The position numbers and the translations under genes were made by a program. From Candidatus Poribacteria bacterium (GTDB taxonomy: Bacteria > Poribacteria > WGA-4E > WGA-3G), in assembly GCA_965205015.1 (NCBI GenBank), contig OZ242029.1, forward strand, positions 3,264,001 through 3,328,000: DNA of 64,000 nt. The letters run 5' to 3'. Below, in pieces: positions 27,908 to 38,273 of the stretch. Numbering within the stretch: position 1 is the stretch's first letter; the number at the start of each line of letters is the position of its first letter. Below the pieces are notes generated by a model, which was given only the letters and a program-made list of their open reading frames with translations, was not told the DNA's origin and did not search any database.

Positions 27908-28438
27908 ATGTTAGTCATAATTAATATCTGTTTTGTCATTGTGTGTCTGTCCCTCTTGGTGGCACTGCCTTTTTATTTATCTTGGAGACAGAGAACGATG
28001 GGGCAAGTGCTGTTTCACCTCCCTACGTCCAAAAGCCACAAAGTGCTTTTGAAGCTTGTCATCCTTGTGTGGGCGGGTATCATGCTTATGCAAATCGTGT
28101 TCCTAATCAGGGATGGTTGGCAGTCTGCCCCACAATTTTGGCCCGTGATGGTGGCACCCGCATTTTCCCTATTTCGTATGCATTCCGTAAACCGATTTGA
28201 AATCAGAGAAGCTGGCATTATCTCTAACGGAAATTTTGTAAAGTGGGAGAAACTTAACGCCTTCAAATGGAAAAAAGAGGGGGACTACGCATTAGGATTG
28301 GGCAAAGAGGCGTATGTACTCGGCGTGACGAAATCGGGAGACAAATTCCCATGGTGGCTTGAATGGGATAAATTTCAATCAGAGCAGCGCGAGCGTGCTA
28401 ATAAACTCCTGTCCCAATACCTACCGAAAACCACTTAA
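27908..28438 (+). CDS. Membrane protein with small C-terminal PH-like domain (DUF5673-like)
   Basis: Three hydrophobic segments then FEIREAGIISNGNFVKWEKLNAFKW. Confidence 0.6.
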   Translation: MLVIINICFVIVCLSLLVALPFYLSWRQRTMGQVLFHLPTSKSHKVLLKLVILVWAGIMLMQIVFLIRDGWQSAPQFWPVMVAPAFSLFRMHSVNRFEIREAGIISNGNFVKWEKLNAFKWKKEGDYALGLGKEAYVLGVTKSGDKFPWWLEWDKFQSEQRERANKLLSQYLPKTT

Positions 28439-28489
28439 GGTATAATGACCGACAGAATTCTTAGGACCCAGTCACCGCTGGCGAGGATT

Positions 28490-29455
28490 TTACCAATCTC
28501 CGTCTTCTATAGGAATGATCGGAATGACCGTAACAGGAAATGCTGATGGTTTGTAGTTTCCATCTGGTGCCTTGGTCGGAAATCTGTACTGGGGGTCCGT
28601 CAGAAGTTCATATACCGCGGAATCCCCAGAGCTGACCAGTTCTCTGGTGTTTAATTCCCATTCGATTTCGAGTGCCTCGTGTCGCCCTGGAAAATCTTGT
28701 GTCCCCAATATTGATGTCAAAGCCCAGTAGATATACTCCGTAACCATGCAACCATAATCACAGGTTTCATCCGTATAATGATACCAGGCTTCTGCTGGAT
28801 ATCCACTCTTGGGACCCTCTTTTGGTACGTGCTCAAAATATCCGCCACGGGCGGCATCCATGCACTTCGCTAAGGTGGACCCCCGTACCTCCCCGAACAC
28901 CTCGGGGTAAGCATTGGCATAACCGTGTTGTGTAATGGGATGCAGAATTTCCTCTAATGCCCCGTCGTAGTACCAGCCATCGGGAGCATTGATTTTGCCA
29001 TCAACAAGGAAATCTGGTTTGGTTTCTTCGCCATACAGATCTTGACCAAATCGGTAGCCTGCCGCTTCTACCAGATCCATTTCCATCCGCTCTATCTCCG
29101 CCTCTGTTCCGGGCATAATGATAAAGACGTTTCGGCTCACAAGGTGACTGAGAACCCGCGTGTTGTCAGGAACACCGTCTTCGTCGTTATCGAGGTATTG
29201 TGCCAAAACGCCTGCGGCGTGAGAGAGTTTATCTTCAGAGGTCGTTAGGCTTGCGAAGATGTGCATGCCGAAAACGTTGACATATTTGTCGCAGCCCACT
29301 TGTCTGAAAACAGAAAATGTGCTCGGCACCTCTACGATTTCAATTTTCGGTGTCACCTCAATACTTCGCATTATGTTGTCGCCAATAATTTGGGATGAAG
29401 CGATCCCCATTAAAACCAGCAAGATACCAGCGGTCATAACTTCCCTTTCTTCCAA
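28490..29455 (-). CDS. Hypothetical protein, possible zincin-like metallopeptidase
   Basis: AQYLDNDEDG, EEILHPITQHG (HExxH variant), downstream TEYIYWA. Confidence 0.55.
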   Translation of the reverse strand: MEEREVMTAGILLVLMGIASSQIIGDNIMRSIEVTPKIEIVEVPSTFSVFRQVGCDKYVNVFGMHIFASLTTSEDKLSHAAGVLAQYLDNDEDGVPDNTRVLSHLVSRNVFIIMPGTEAEIERMEMDLVEAAGYRFGQDLYGEETKPDFLVDGKINAPDGWYYDGALEEILHPITQHGYANAYPEVFGEVRGSTLAKCMDAARGGYFEHVPKEGPKSGYPAEAWYHYTDETCDYGCMVTEYIYWALTSILGTQDFPGRHEALEIEWELNTRELVSSGDSAVYELLTDPQYRFPTKAPDGNYKPSAFPVTVIPIIPIEDGDW

Positions 29456-29522
29456 ACTTACACGCTTGAGGCTGCTACCTGAGTGGATAACCCGATAAGG
29501 ACGAGCCCCTTAAAAACCACTA

Positions 29523-30557
29523 TTAGGCAAATCGAACGCCTAACTTCACATTCTCGCCTGGATGCGTCGCGATCTTCGGGTACTCGTCCAACAGATCGTC
29601 AAAATCGACAACAGGATGGATAACGGGTTCAGATTTCAGACTGCCATCGCAAAGGAGTCGCCAACTGATTTCAAAGAGCCTGCCTTCATTCCAATTGGGA
29701 TACTCAGGATTCGGTTCGCTACACGCCCGTGAGAAAATAATCGTCGGTCGGTTGAAATGCGCTTCTGCACCGAGATCCAATCCTGCAGGGTAGGTCCCGG
29801 GCCAGGCACCAGCGACAACCGTTCCGAGATACGTCACACCGCGGATCGCTGCCTGTAGTGCGCTATGATGTCCACTGTATTCAATGCAAACATCGGCACC
29901 CCGTTTGTCGGTGGCTTTTTTGATTTCCAAACCGGCATCCTCCGTCGTTGGATCAATGACCATATCAGCACCACATTTGAGGGCAACATTGCGGCGCAAC
30001 TCGAGTGGATCGATCCCAATCACGGGGTAGGCACCCGCCAACTTGGCGAGCTGCAGTGCCATGAGTCCGATGCCGCCCATTCCAAAGACGGCTACGGCGT
30101 CTCCAATGCGGATGTGCCCGTCGCGCACCGCACCCAGGGCGAAATCCGTCGGATCCAGACAGACGGCTGCCTGCCAGGGGACACCCTCAGGAAGTTTTCG
30201 TGTACCTGCTGCATTCCAAACGTGTTCTTCACGGAAGGAACTGTGCCGAAAAACTCGCTCTCCCACTTTGACATCGGTAACGTCCGCCCCAATCTCAGTT
30301 ACCTCGCCGACACACATGTTCCCAAGTCCTGAAGGATAGTTTACCATCCCGCCGGAACCATCTGCTCGAAAGATTTTATATTCGCCATCGTAGCCACCGC
30401 GTGGACCGGCATACCCCTTATAGGATGCCATCTCTGAACCGTGTTTGGCGGCACCAAACTGGCTTTTGACCCGAATTTCATTCGCTTGCAACGGTTGGCT
30501 TTCATATTCTCGGAAAGCGACCTGCTCTTGGGCGGGTGCAATGAGTTCTCTTAGCAT
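29523..30557 (-). CDS. Zinc-binding (MDR) alcohol dehydrogenase family protein
   Basis: VGEVTEIGADV, VAVFGMGGIGL, GADVCIEYSG. Confidence 0.9.
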   Translation of the reverse strand: MLRELIAPAQEQVAFREYESQPLQANEIRVKSQFGAAKHGSEMASYKGYAGPRGGYDGEYKIFRADGSGGMVNYPSGLGNMCVGEVTEIGADVTDVKVGERVFRHSSFREEHVWNAAGTRKLPEGVPWQAAVCLDPTDFALGAVRDGHIRIGDAVAVFGMGGIGLMALQLAKLAGAYPVIGIDPLELRRNVALKCGADMVIDPTTEDAGLEIKKATDKRGADVCIEYSGHHSALQAAIRGVTYLGTVVAGAWPGTYPAGLDLGAEAHFNRPTIIFSRACSEPNPEYPNWNEGRLFEISWRLLCDGSLKSEPVIHPVVDFDDLLDEYPKIATHPGENVKLGVRFA

Positions 30558-30616
30558 ACTTTTAATTTATCTCCTCCTGGACTGCCCTCCATTTCAGGCA
30601 GGTTTATTGAAAAATT

Positions 30617-31900
30617 TTAGTCGGCGATTGCTTGGTAAGTGAGGATGCGAATTCTCTCTCCGAGGTCCAAACCACCGCTGGGATGCAATTGACACATGAA
30701 AATACCAATCATCTGTTCTTGCGGGTCAATGAAGAAATTGGTAAAGAAGAAACCGCCCCAGCCAAACGTCCCGACTGATCCGACTTCATTGAGGTCTGAT
30801 TTGTCTCGGACAACACTAAAGCCTAAACCGAATCCGTAGTTGATATCCATCTTGGCGAGTCGATTTGAAGTCATCAACTCAACGGTTTTTCGGCTCAACA
30901 ATCGGACACCGTTAAATTTTCCACCGTTCAGCATCATCTGTGCAAAGCGGACGTAATCCGGGGCAGTGGAGACCAAGCCACCCCCGCCGGAAAAATAGCT
31001 TCGTGGACCGTTGTAAGGATAATCCGTTGAATAGATCAGTGCGCCGTCCACTGTCGGTTCTTGGGACTTGCGCGCTATGGGTCCATCTTTGGTTCGCTCA
31101 TATACAGTTGCGATTCGTTCGCGTTTTGTTTCAGGGATAAAAAAATGTGTGTCGTTCATACCGAGTGGTTTGAAGATACGCTCAGCGAAAAATGCATCGA
31201 GCGACATCCCGGACGCGACCTCAACAAGATAGCCGAGGACATCTATTGAGAGTCCATATTCGACTTGGGCACCCGGTTGATGCAATAACGGGATCGTCGC
31301 CAAGATTTTCATCTTCTCCTCGAGCGTGCTCTCATCTTGAAGAAGTCCGTGGGTGATACCCGCATCGGTGTATTGCTGACCTAAACGCCCGTTCCAATGA
31401 TATGTTAAACCCGCGGTGTGAGTGAGTAGGTTCCAAATTGTAATTTGCCGTTCTGTGGGGACAGGTTGCGCCGAGTCTTCGGCATCTTCCGGCGGCAGCA
31501 CAAGCATTTTCTTGAACGCTGGAATGAACTTTGAAACCGGTTCGTGCAACCGAAAATGTCCCTCTTCATAGAGCATCATCACAGCGACACTCGTGATCGG
31601 TTTTGTCATCGACGCAATACGGAAAATAGTATCGGGGGTCATCGGCTTTCCCGCTTCGACATCCATCATACCGTAGGTCCCCAGATGTGCGATCTTCCCG
31701 TGTCGAGCGAGCAATGTAACGCCGCCAGCGATTTTCTGCTGCGCGACGTGCATTTCCATGACTTTATCAATTCTTGAGAGTCTTTCGGTAGAAAGCCCAA
31801 CGGCTTCAGGTTCCACCATCGGGAGATCGTGGCTGAAGGCGGATGCCGTCAGAATCAACAAGAACGAGATGTGTACTAAAATCCTACCCATTTTGTTCAT
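30617..31900 (-). CDS. Secreted serine hydrolase (beta-lactamase class C family)
   Basis: Signal peptide; FRIASMTK, LLTHTAGL, QPG...YG.S.DVLG, GGGGLVST, FGWGG. Confidence 0.9.
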   Translation of the reverse strand: MNKMGRILVHISFLLILTASAFSHDLPMVEPEAVGLSTERLSRIDKVMEMHVAQQKIAGGVTLLARHGKIAHLGTYGMMDVEAGKPMTPDTIFRIASMTKPITSVAVMMLYEEGHFRLHEPVSKFIPAFKKMLVLPPEDAEDSAQPVPTERQITIWNLLTHTAGLTYHWNGRLGQQYTDAGITHGLLQDESTLEEKMKILATIPLLHQPGAQVEYGLSIDVLGYLVEVASGMSLDAFFAERIFKPLGMNDTHFFIPETKRERIATVYERTKDGPIARKSQEPTVDGALIYSTDYPYNGPRSYFSGGGGLVSTAPDYVRFAQMMLNGGKFNGVRLLSRKTVELMTSNRLAKMDINYGFGLGFSVVRDKSDLNEVGSVGTFGWGGFFFTNFFIDPQEQMIGIFMCQLHPSGGLDLGERIRILTYQAIAD

Positions 31901-31931
31901 AGAAGCTACTGTACAACCTTATTATTTTTCA

Positions 31932-32021
31932 TAGGGTAGGCACAAGACCTGCCCCTACGGTTAGGGTAGGTACAAGACCTACCCCTACGGTTAGGGTAGG
32001 TACAAGACCTACCCCTACAGT
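31932..32021. repeat. Three tandem 30-bp palindromic REP-like units
   Basis: TAGGGTAGG(C/T)ACAAGACCT(G/A)CCCCTAC(G/A)GT x3 with no spacers. Confidence 0.9.
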
Positions 32022-32074
32022 GTAATTGGTGCGTTCAAACATATGGAAACTGTTGGATAGCACTCCAATTGTTT

Positions 32075-33514
32075 TTATGCCAGAATGTCGCGGACGACGT
32101 GCCCGTGGACGTCGGTGAGACGGAAGTCCCGCCCTTGGAAGCGGTAGACCAGTTTTTCGTGGTTAATTCCGAACAGATGTAACATCGTGGCGTGGAAGTC
32201 GTGGACGTGCACGATATTTTCAACGGAATTATACCCCAATTCATCGGTGTTCCCGTAACTCATACCCCCCTGGATACCACCGCCAGCCATCCACATCGAG
32301 AAACCCTTGATGTGGTGGTCGCGTCCGGTGCCTTGCGCCATAGGTGTTCGACCAAACTCGCCGCCCCAAATCACTAAGGTGTCGTCCAACATACCGCGCT
32401 GCTTCAAATCATTGACGAGTGCAGCGGTTGCCTTGTCAACATAGCCAGCGGTCGTCTTGATGGCGTTTTCAATACCCCCGTGGTGATCCCAGCCGCGATG
32501 ATAGAGTTGGATAAACCGAACACCACGCTCAGCTAACCGTCGTGCGAGGAGGCAGTTTGAAGCGTAGGATCCGTCACCGGGCTTTGCACCGTAAGCATCC
32601 AGAACGTGCTGAGGTTCCTTCGAGATGTCCGTCAACTCCGGAACACTCGTCTGCATTCGGAACGCCATTTCGTATTGGCTAATCCGCGTTGAGATTGAGG
32701 GATCATCTACAGTCTCATCGAGCATACCGTTCAGGGTCTGCACGGCATCGACAACGTCCCGTTGCTGTTCGGTGTTCACGCCATCAGGATTCGTAACGTA
32801 GTGAACGGGATCACCGGTTGAATGGAACTGGACACCTTGAAACTGACCTGGGAGGAATCCGCTATGCCACTGCCGCGTTGCAATCGGTTGATCTTGTCCC
32901 CCACCAGAAGAGATGAGGACGACGTAACCCGGCAGATTTTCGTTTTCACTGCCAAGTCCGTAGAGGAGCCACGACCCCATACTCGGTCTGCCAGCGATCG
33001 CCGTGCCAGTGTTCATGAAGGTGTGTGCTGGATCGTGGTTAATCTGCTCGGTTTTCAGGGAGCGTACGATACAGATATCGTCGGCGAGGCTTCCGATATG
33101 CGGAAACGCCGTACTCATCTCCTGCCCGGATTGTCCATATTTTTTAAATTCATGTGTCGGACCGAGGCATTTGAGTGAGTCTGCCTGTCCTTGGAGTTGG
33201 GCAATCGGCTGCCCTTCCGTGAAAGACTTCGGCATCGGTTGCCCGTCGAGTTCTGCGAGTTTCGGTTTGTAGTCCAAAGTCTCTAAATGCGAAGGACCGC
33301 CTGCCATGCAGAGATGAATGATGCGTTTCGCCTTCGGTGGCACATGTGGAGTGGACACAATCCCCGGCCACCGCTCAATCTCCGGCGCAGCATTTAGCAG
33401 CGATGGCGCAAGCAGTGAGCCAAGCGCAAGCGACCCAATGCCACGTACACTTTTACCCAAAAAGGTGCGCCTCGTGAGGCGACGATTGGTTTCTTTGTGA
33501 ATATCCATAGCCAT
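32075..33514 (-). CDS. DUF1501 domain protein with Tat-like signal
   Basis: TRRTFL; MAGGPSHLETLDYKP, NHDPA, RPSMGSW, CLLARRLAERGVRFIQL, WDHH, GEFGRTP, GRDHH. Confidence 0.9.
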   Translation of the reverse strand: MAMDIHKETNRRLTRRTFLGKSVRGIGSLALGSLLAPSLLNAAPEIERWPGIVSTPHVPPKAKRIIHLCMAGGPSHLETLDYKPKLAELDGQPMPKSFTEGQPIAQLQGQADSLKCLGPTHEFKKYGQSGQEMSTAFPHIGSLADDICIVRSLKTEQINHDPAHTFMNTGTAIAGRPSMGSWLLYGLGSENENLPGYVVLISSGGGQDQPIATRQWHSGFLPGQFQGVQFHSTGDPVHYVTNPDGVNTEQQRDVVDAVQTLNGMLDETVDDPSISTRISQYEMAFRMQTSVPELTDISKEPQHVLDAYGAKPGDGSYASNCLLARRLAERGVRFIQLYHRGWDHHGGIENAIKTTAGYVDKATAALVNDLKQRGMLDDTLVIWGGEFGRTPMAQGTGRDHHIKGFSMWMAGGGIQGGMSYGNTDELGYNSVENIVHVHDFHATMLHLFGINHEKLVYRFQGRDFRLTDVHGHVVRDILA

Positions 33515-33547
33515 ACCTATACCTCCTGTCCGTTTAATTTTCAGAAT

Positions 33548-36500
33548 TTAATATCGCATGATCGTCTCATGCAAATTCAATATTACCCGTGCCACAGAAG
33601 TCCACGCCGCCAATTCATCAGATGTAACGCCTTCTGTTAGAGGGGTTTCACCCGTTGTGACGAGCATACTGGCGGCATCGAGGTCAGCAGTATATTCGGC
33701 GTGGTGCTTCTCATAGAGATTTTTCATAATCTCTAATTCCTTCGGCTGCGGCATCCGAGACAGCGTCCACTGATATGCCCAGTTGATACGTTCAGCGAAG
33801 GATTCACCACCCTCTTGGATAATCCGTGCCGCAAAAACGCGCGCCGCCTCAACGTAACTTGGGTCGTTGAGTAGCGTCAAGGCTTGCATCGGGGTATTAG
33901 AGGTTGCGCGCTCGGCGGTACACTCCTGACGACTCGGCGCATCGAACGCCATCATACTCGGATGCAAGAACGTGCGCTGCCAATGCGTGTAAAGCCCGCG
34001 GCGATATTGATTTTCTCCCTCGTCATGCACATAAACCCGCTTTGGGAAGTTCAAGTTCGAGTAGTAGCCTATCGGTTGGTAAGGTCTCACGCTCGGTCCG
34101 CCGATTTTGGGGACAAGAAGCCCACTCAGCATCAATGCGTTGTCGCGGACCGCCTCTGCGTCGAGTCTCCAGCGTGATTGGCGTGCCAGCAAGCGGTTGT
34201 AGGCATCCTTCTCCTGTAATACCTCGTTTGATGTTGAAGCTTGACGATAGGTGTTTGATGTGACAAGGAGTTTTACGATATGTTTAACGTTCCACCCACT
34301 CTCCACAAATTCGACAGCGAGCCAGTCAAGCAGTTCAGGATGTGTCGGTGATTCGCCTTGTGCGCCGAGGTCATCTAAGACGCCGGATAATCCTGTCCCG
34401 AAGTAGAGTGCCCAAAGTCGATTGACAAACGTACGGGCGGTCAACGGGTTGTCCTTTGAGGCGATCCACTGTGCAAGCTCTAAACGGGTTGGTCGGCGGT
34501 TTTTGATACCGAGATCACCCAGGAAAGCCGGTATCATCGGTTCGACGATCTCACCCGAATCGTCCATCCAGTTACCCCTCGGGAGCACGCGTGTCGTCCG
34601 AGGTAGCGTGGACACGGTTGTGAGCGAGTACGGAATTTGCGCTTCCATTTCGCCTTTCTGCTTCTGTAAATCTGCAATCTGATTCCGGATACCATCGAGT
34701 GCGGGTGTGATACGGCGATACTCCGCTGCGATCTGCTCGCGCTGATGTGTTGTCCTGACAGAGCGGTCGACCTGAATTGCTGCGATGATCGGTTCTGTGT
34801 GCGTGTGCTTCACCGTAGAACCGCGAGTCGTTGCGACGCCAGCCATATCCCAATACGCAGTGCCACCAAACTGTACGAAAGCAATTCCGTTCAGGACACT
34901 CTCCGGGTTCAACCCAACGTCTGCTGGATCTACCTCAAGACGCACCCATTCGCCGACTGTGGGCAGCACACCCATCGATTTGTGAGCAGGTGTATCGCTT
35001 CCAATCTCACCGAAGTTAATCTTGTCTTCACCCCAAAACGCGCGATGATCCCAAGTCCCGTCGTTCCACTGGAGCATGACGGTTTCTGGTGGTGATTCCG
35101 GATCAATCCAGACATAGGCAAAGAGTTGATCGCCGTCTGTCAAAGTGAACGTTCGCTTCGCGCCACGGAAAGCATGCTGGACGGTTTTTCCTGCTTCCGC
35201 TGTCTGTTTTCGTGAGTACAGTTTACTGAAAACAGGGGCTTCATCTTTGCCGACAAATTCCCATGTGCCCTCGGTTCTACCGCCGTTTGCTTGCGCATCG
35301 TCTATCCACGCGAAGTCCGCGGGTTCTGTTGCGCTGAGCAGTGAAAGCACTTCGTTCTCCCACTCTGTTTGCGCGGCTTCCAATTCAGGCGATGACGCTT
35401 TGAACACCCGCTCCAATTGTGCTAATTCGTCGTCAATATCCTGCAGTGCTGATTCTTGTGCAGGTGTCGGTAGCATTACGACAGGTTCCCATTTACTACC
35501 ACCCCCATATACGCCGGGTCCCTTGACATCTGCGAAGAACGCGGCGAAACTGTAAAAATCCTTTGCGGTATATGGATCAAACTTGTGGTCGTGGCACTGT
35601 GCACAACCGAGCGTCGCACCCAACCAGACGGACGCAGTCGTTCGCACTCGGTCCGCCGCATAGATTGCGAGATACTCTTTCGCTTGTGCGCCGCCTTCTG
35701 AGGTTGTCTGATTTAGACGGTTATAACCCACAGCAATCTTTTGTGCTGATGTTGGATTCGGCAGGAGATCGCCTGCGAGGTTTTCGACCGTAAATTGATC
35801 AAACGGCATGTTGTCGTTAAACGCTTTTATTACATAGTCACGATAGGGCCAGATACTCACATTTTCGTCAGCATGGTAACCGCTCGTGTCCGCGTAGCGG
35901 ACCAGATCGAGCCAGTACATTGCCATCCGCTCGCCATATTGCGCTTTAGACAGAAGCCTGCTGACGAGCGACTCATAGGCATCAGGGTTTTCATCTTTTA
36001 AGAATTGCTCTACTTCAGTCGGTGTCGGCAGCAATCCAGTCAGATCGAAACTCAGGCGACGGATAAGTGTTCGTTTATCCGCTTCTGCTGACGGCGTGAG
36101 ACCCTCTGCTTCCAATCTTCCGAGTATGAAGGCATCAATAGGGTTACCGACCCATGTTGTGTTTTCGACAGCAGGGGATTCAACCCGTTCAGGAAGACTG
36201 TAGACCCAATGTTCTTCCCATTCAGCCCCTTCGGCAATCCACTGGATAAGCGTATCAATCTGTTCTTGTGTCGGCTGCCGATTGGAGATCTGCGGTGGCA
36301 TCCGCTGGTCAATATTTTCGTGTGTTATGCGTAGGACCAATTCGCTGTTTTCCGGTTCACCCGGCACGATAATCGGATAACCACTCGGTGCGGAGAACGC
36401 ACCCTCCTTTGTATCAAGCCGCAGGTTGGCTTGCCGGACCGCCGGATCGGGACCGTGACACGCAAAGCATTTATCTGACAATATCGGCAGAACATCACGG

Positions 36501-36631
36501 TCGAATTGAAGTTTCTCAGCATAGACAGGTTGTAGGACAATGGCGAGTCCTAACAAGAGCAATATAAGACTCACACAATGCGTGCGAACCCAGTTTGAAG
36601 GGTTTAAACATGAGAGCTGTGTCTGGGGCAT
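33548..36631 (-). CDS. Planctomycete cytochrome c / DUF1549 / DUF1553 (PSD1) protein
   Basis: CFACHGPD and CAQCHDHKFDP heme motifs, WLDLVRYADT, THPELLDWLA, NTPMQALTLLN; start reassigned to ATG 36631 after GGAGG. Confidence 0.9.
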   Translation of the reverse strand: MPQTQLSCLNPSNWVRTHCVSLILLLLGLAIVLQPVYAEKLQFDRDVLPILSDKCFACHGPDPAVRQANLRLDTKEGAFSAPSGYPIIVPGEPENSELVLRITHENIDQRMPPQISNRQPTQEQIDTLIQWIAEGAEWEEHWVYSLPERVESPAVENTTWVGNPIDAFILGRLEAEGLTPSAEADKRTLIRRLSFDLTGLLPTPTEVEQFLKDENPDAYESLVSRLLSKAQYGERMAMYWLDLVRYADTSGYHADENVSIWPYRDYVIKAFNDNMPFDQFTVENLAGDLLPNPTSAQKIAVGYNRLNQTTSEGGAQAKEYLAIYAADRVRTTASVWLGATLGCAQCHDHKFDPYTAKDFYSFAAFFADVKGPGVYGGGSKWEPVVMLPTPAQESALQDIDDELAQLERVFKASSPELEAAQTEWENEVLSLLSATEPADFAWIDDAQANGGRTEGTWEFVGKDEAPVFSKLYSRKQTAEAGKTVQHAFRGAKRTFTLTDGDQLFAYVWIDPESPPETVMLQWNDGTWDHRAFWGEDKINFGEIGSDTPAHKSMGVLPTVGEWVRLEVDPADVGLNPESVLNGIAFVQFGGTAYWDMAGVATTRGSTVKHTHTEPIIAAIQVDRSVRTTHQREQIAAEYRRITPALDGIRNQIADLQKQKGEMEAQIPYSLTTVSTLPRTTRVLPRGNWMDDSGEIVEPMIPAFLGDLGIKNRRPTRLELAQWIASKDNPLTARTFVNRLWALYFGTGLSGVLDDLGAQGESPTHPELLDWLAVEFVESGWNVKHIVKLLVTSNTYRQASTSNEVLQEKDAYNRLLARQSRWRLDAEAVRDNALMLSGLLVPKIGGPSVRPYQPIGYYSNLNFPKRVYVHDEGENQYRRGLYTHWQRTFLHPSMMAFDAPSRQECTAERATSNTPMQALTLLNDPSYVEAARVFAARIIQEGGESFAERINWAYQWTLSRMPQPKELEIMKNLYEKHHAEYTADLDAASMLVTTGETPLTEGVTSDELAAWTSVARVILNLHETIMRY

Positions 36632-36809
36632 TATAGAATATCTCCTCCATTTCTTCTGTGCAGGCGATGTCAACCCCCAACGGGGCATAAGTCTGACCAT
36701 CCTCAAAATCGCTTGATTGTTCAGTAGTATATCATTAAAGTGAAATATGTGCAAGCAAATCCCGCGAACAGCGGGTTCCATTTTCACCAATTTTACTGAA
36801 TTTTTATTA

Positions 36810-36849
36810 TACTTTAGAGTATAATACTTTAGAGTATAATACTTTAGAG
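36810..36849 (+). promoter_or_regulatory. 15-bp-period triple direct repeat containing TATAAT boxes, upstream of ATPase gene
   Basis: TACTTTAGAG at 36810, 36825 and 36840, separated by TATAA. Confidence 0.7.
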
Positions 36850-36869
36850 GCATTTAAGGAGAGAAATTT

Positions 36870-38273
36870 ATGTTTATCAATCGACACCAAGAATTAAATG
36901 CTTTAGAACGCATGTTTCAGTCAGGAATAGCAGAATTTTTCGTGTTATATGGCAGGAGACGGGTAGGAAAAACTGAACTCCTCTCACGGTTTTGTAAGGA
37001 CAAAAGAAGTATCTATTTCCTTGCCAGTCAGTTGAAGGAGCAAGATCACCTCCAGCAGCTGACTGAGACTGCGCGACATATCATCAACGATCCATTACTG
37101 CAGAGCCTTGCCTTTAATGATTGGGAATCTGCCCTTATCTACTTCGCGCAGCAGGCAGAAGAAGAAAGGCTTGTTCTGGTACTTGACGAATTTCAATATC
37201 TCTGTGAGGATAACGCGGCACTCCCGTCACTGATCCAACGCTTTTGGGATCTACACGGAAAAAATAGCAAACTTTTTTTGATCTTATGTGGATCACAGGT
37301 GAGTTTTATGGAGCGAGAGGTATTGGCGGAACGATCACCACTATATGGACGACGTACTGGACAACTCCGTTTGATGCCGCTCTCCTACCGTGACAGTGGA
37401 TATTTTTTTTCTGAATATTCTGCGAAAGAAAAACTCATCGCTTACGGCATCCTCGGCGGGATTCCAGCGTATCTCAATCAATTTGCGTTGCGTGCCTCAA
37501 ACGATTCACAAGGAATGCTTGAACAGCATATCAAAAACGAATTGCTCACACCGCAAGGGTACTTGTTTGATGAAGTTAATTTCTTGTTACGCACGGAACT
37601 CAGAGAACCGAGAACGTATGCGAGTTTGCTGCACGCAATCGCTGGTGGCGTGACGCGGCTGAATGAGATTTCCCAACGGGTTGGGCTTGACGCAACAAGC
37701 GTGAATAAATATTTGAGCGTGCTTCGGGAACTCGGGTTAGTTAAACGCGAAACACCGGTCACTGACCGCGCACCCCAAAAAAGCAGAAAAGGGCTTTATA
37801 AAATCGCGGACAACTATGTCAAATTCTGGTTTCGGTTTGTGCTGCCCAATCGGAGTCTCATCGAATCCGGTAACACAGAGTTGGTGTATGAGCAGATGAT
37901 CGCTCCGAACCTTTCACACTATATGGGCGAAATTTTTGAAGACGTTTGTCGTCAATATATCAGTCTTTATTGGGAAGAAAAATTAAGGGTCGCTCCCAAA
38001 CAGGTCGGGGCGCATTGGGGGGGCAATGTTGAAATTGATGTCCTAACAGAAAATGTTGACGAAAGTCACTGGTTTGGCGAGTGCAAGTGGTGGAGTGCTC
38101 CAGTCGGAGAAAACATTTTAAATCATCTCATCGAAAAGGCTGCGCAAGTTCCTAATCAATGGAATCGGAATCCGCGGTATCTGCTGTTTTCTGCGAATGG
38201 CTTTACGGACGCGCTCAAACAGAGAGCAAAAAAGGAGGATATCTTTCTCATTGAGACCAACGACCTGTTTTGA
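36870..38273 (+). CDS. Archaeal-type P-loop ATPase with wHTH and C-terminal DUF234/PD-(D/E)XK domain
   Basis: FINRHQEL, YGRRRVGKT, LDEFQY, LCGS, SPLYGRRT, GGIPAYL, EIDV...GECKW. Confidence 0.9.
   Translation: MFINRHQELNALERMFQSGIAEFFVLYGRRRVGKTELLSRFCKDKRSIYFLASQLKEQDHLQQLTETARHIINDPLLQSLAFNDWESALIYFAQQAEEERLVLVLDEFQYLCEDNAALPSLIQRFWDLHGKNSKLFLILCGSQVSFMEREVLAERSPLYGRRTGQLRLMPLSYRDSGYFFSEYSAKEKLIAYGILGGIPAYLNQFALRASNDSQGMLEQHIKNELLTPQGYLFDEVNFLLRTELREPRTYASLLHAIAGGVTRLNEISQRVGLDATSVNKYLSVLRELGLVKRETPVTDRAPQKSRKGLYKIADNYVKFWFRFVLPNRSLIESGNTELVYEQMIAPNLSHYMGEIFEDVCRQYISLYWEEKLRVAPKQVGAHWGGNVEIDVLTENVDESHWFGECKWWSAPVGENILNHLIEKAAQVPNQWNRNPRYLLFSANGFTDALKQRAKKEDIFLIETNDLF

Noticed and set aside
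30617-31900. Beta-lactam resistance gene
   Set aside because: Motifs fit the broad serine hydrolase/esterase family; nothing specifically indicates AmpC activity.
31932-32021. Possible CRISPR array (30-bp palindromic repeats)
   Set aside because: Units are directly adjacent with no spacers, no cas genes are nearby, and a solo copy exists elsewhere, so it is REP-like.
36632-36853. N-terminal extension MPLKYYTLKYYTLKY on the cytochrome ORF
   Set aside because: It is the translation of the 15-bp promoter repeat; a better start with GGAGG lies at 36631.
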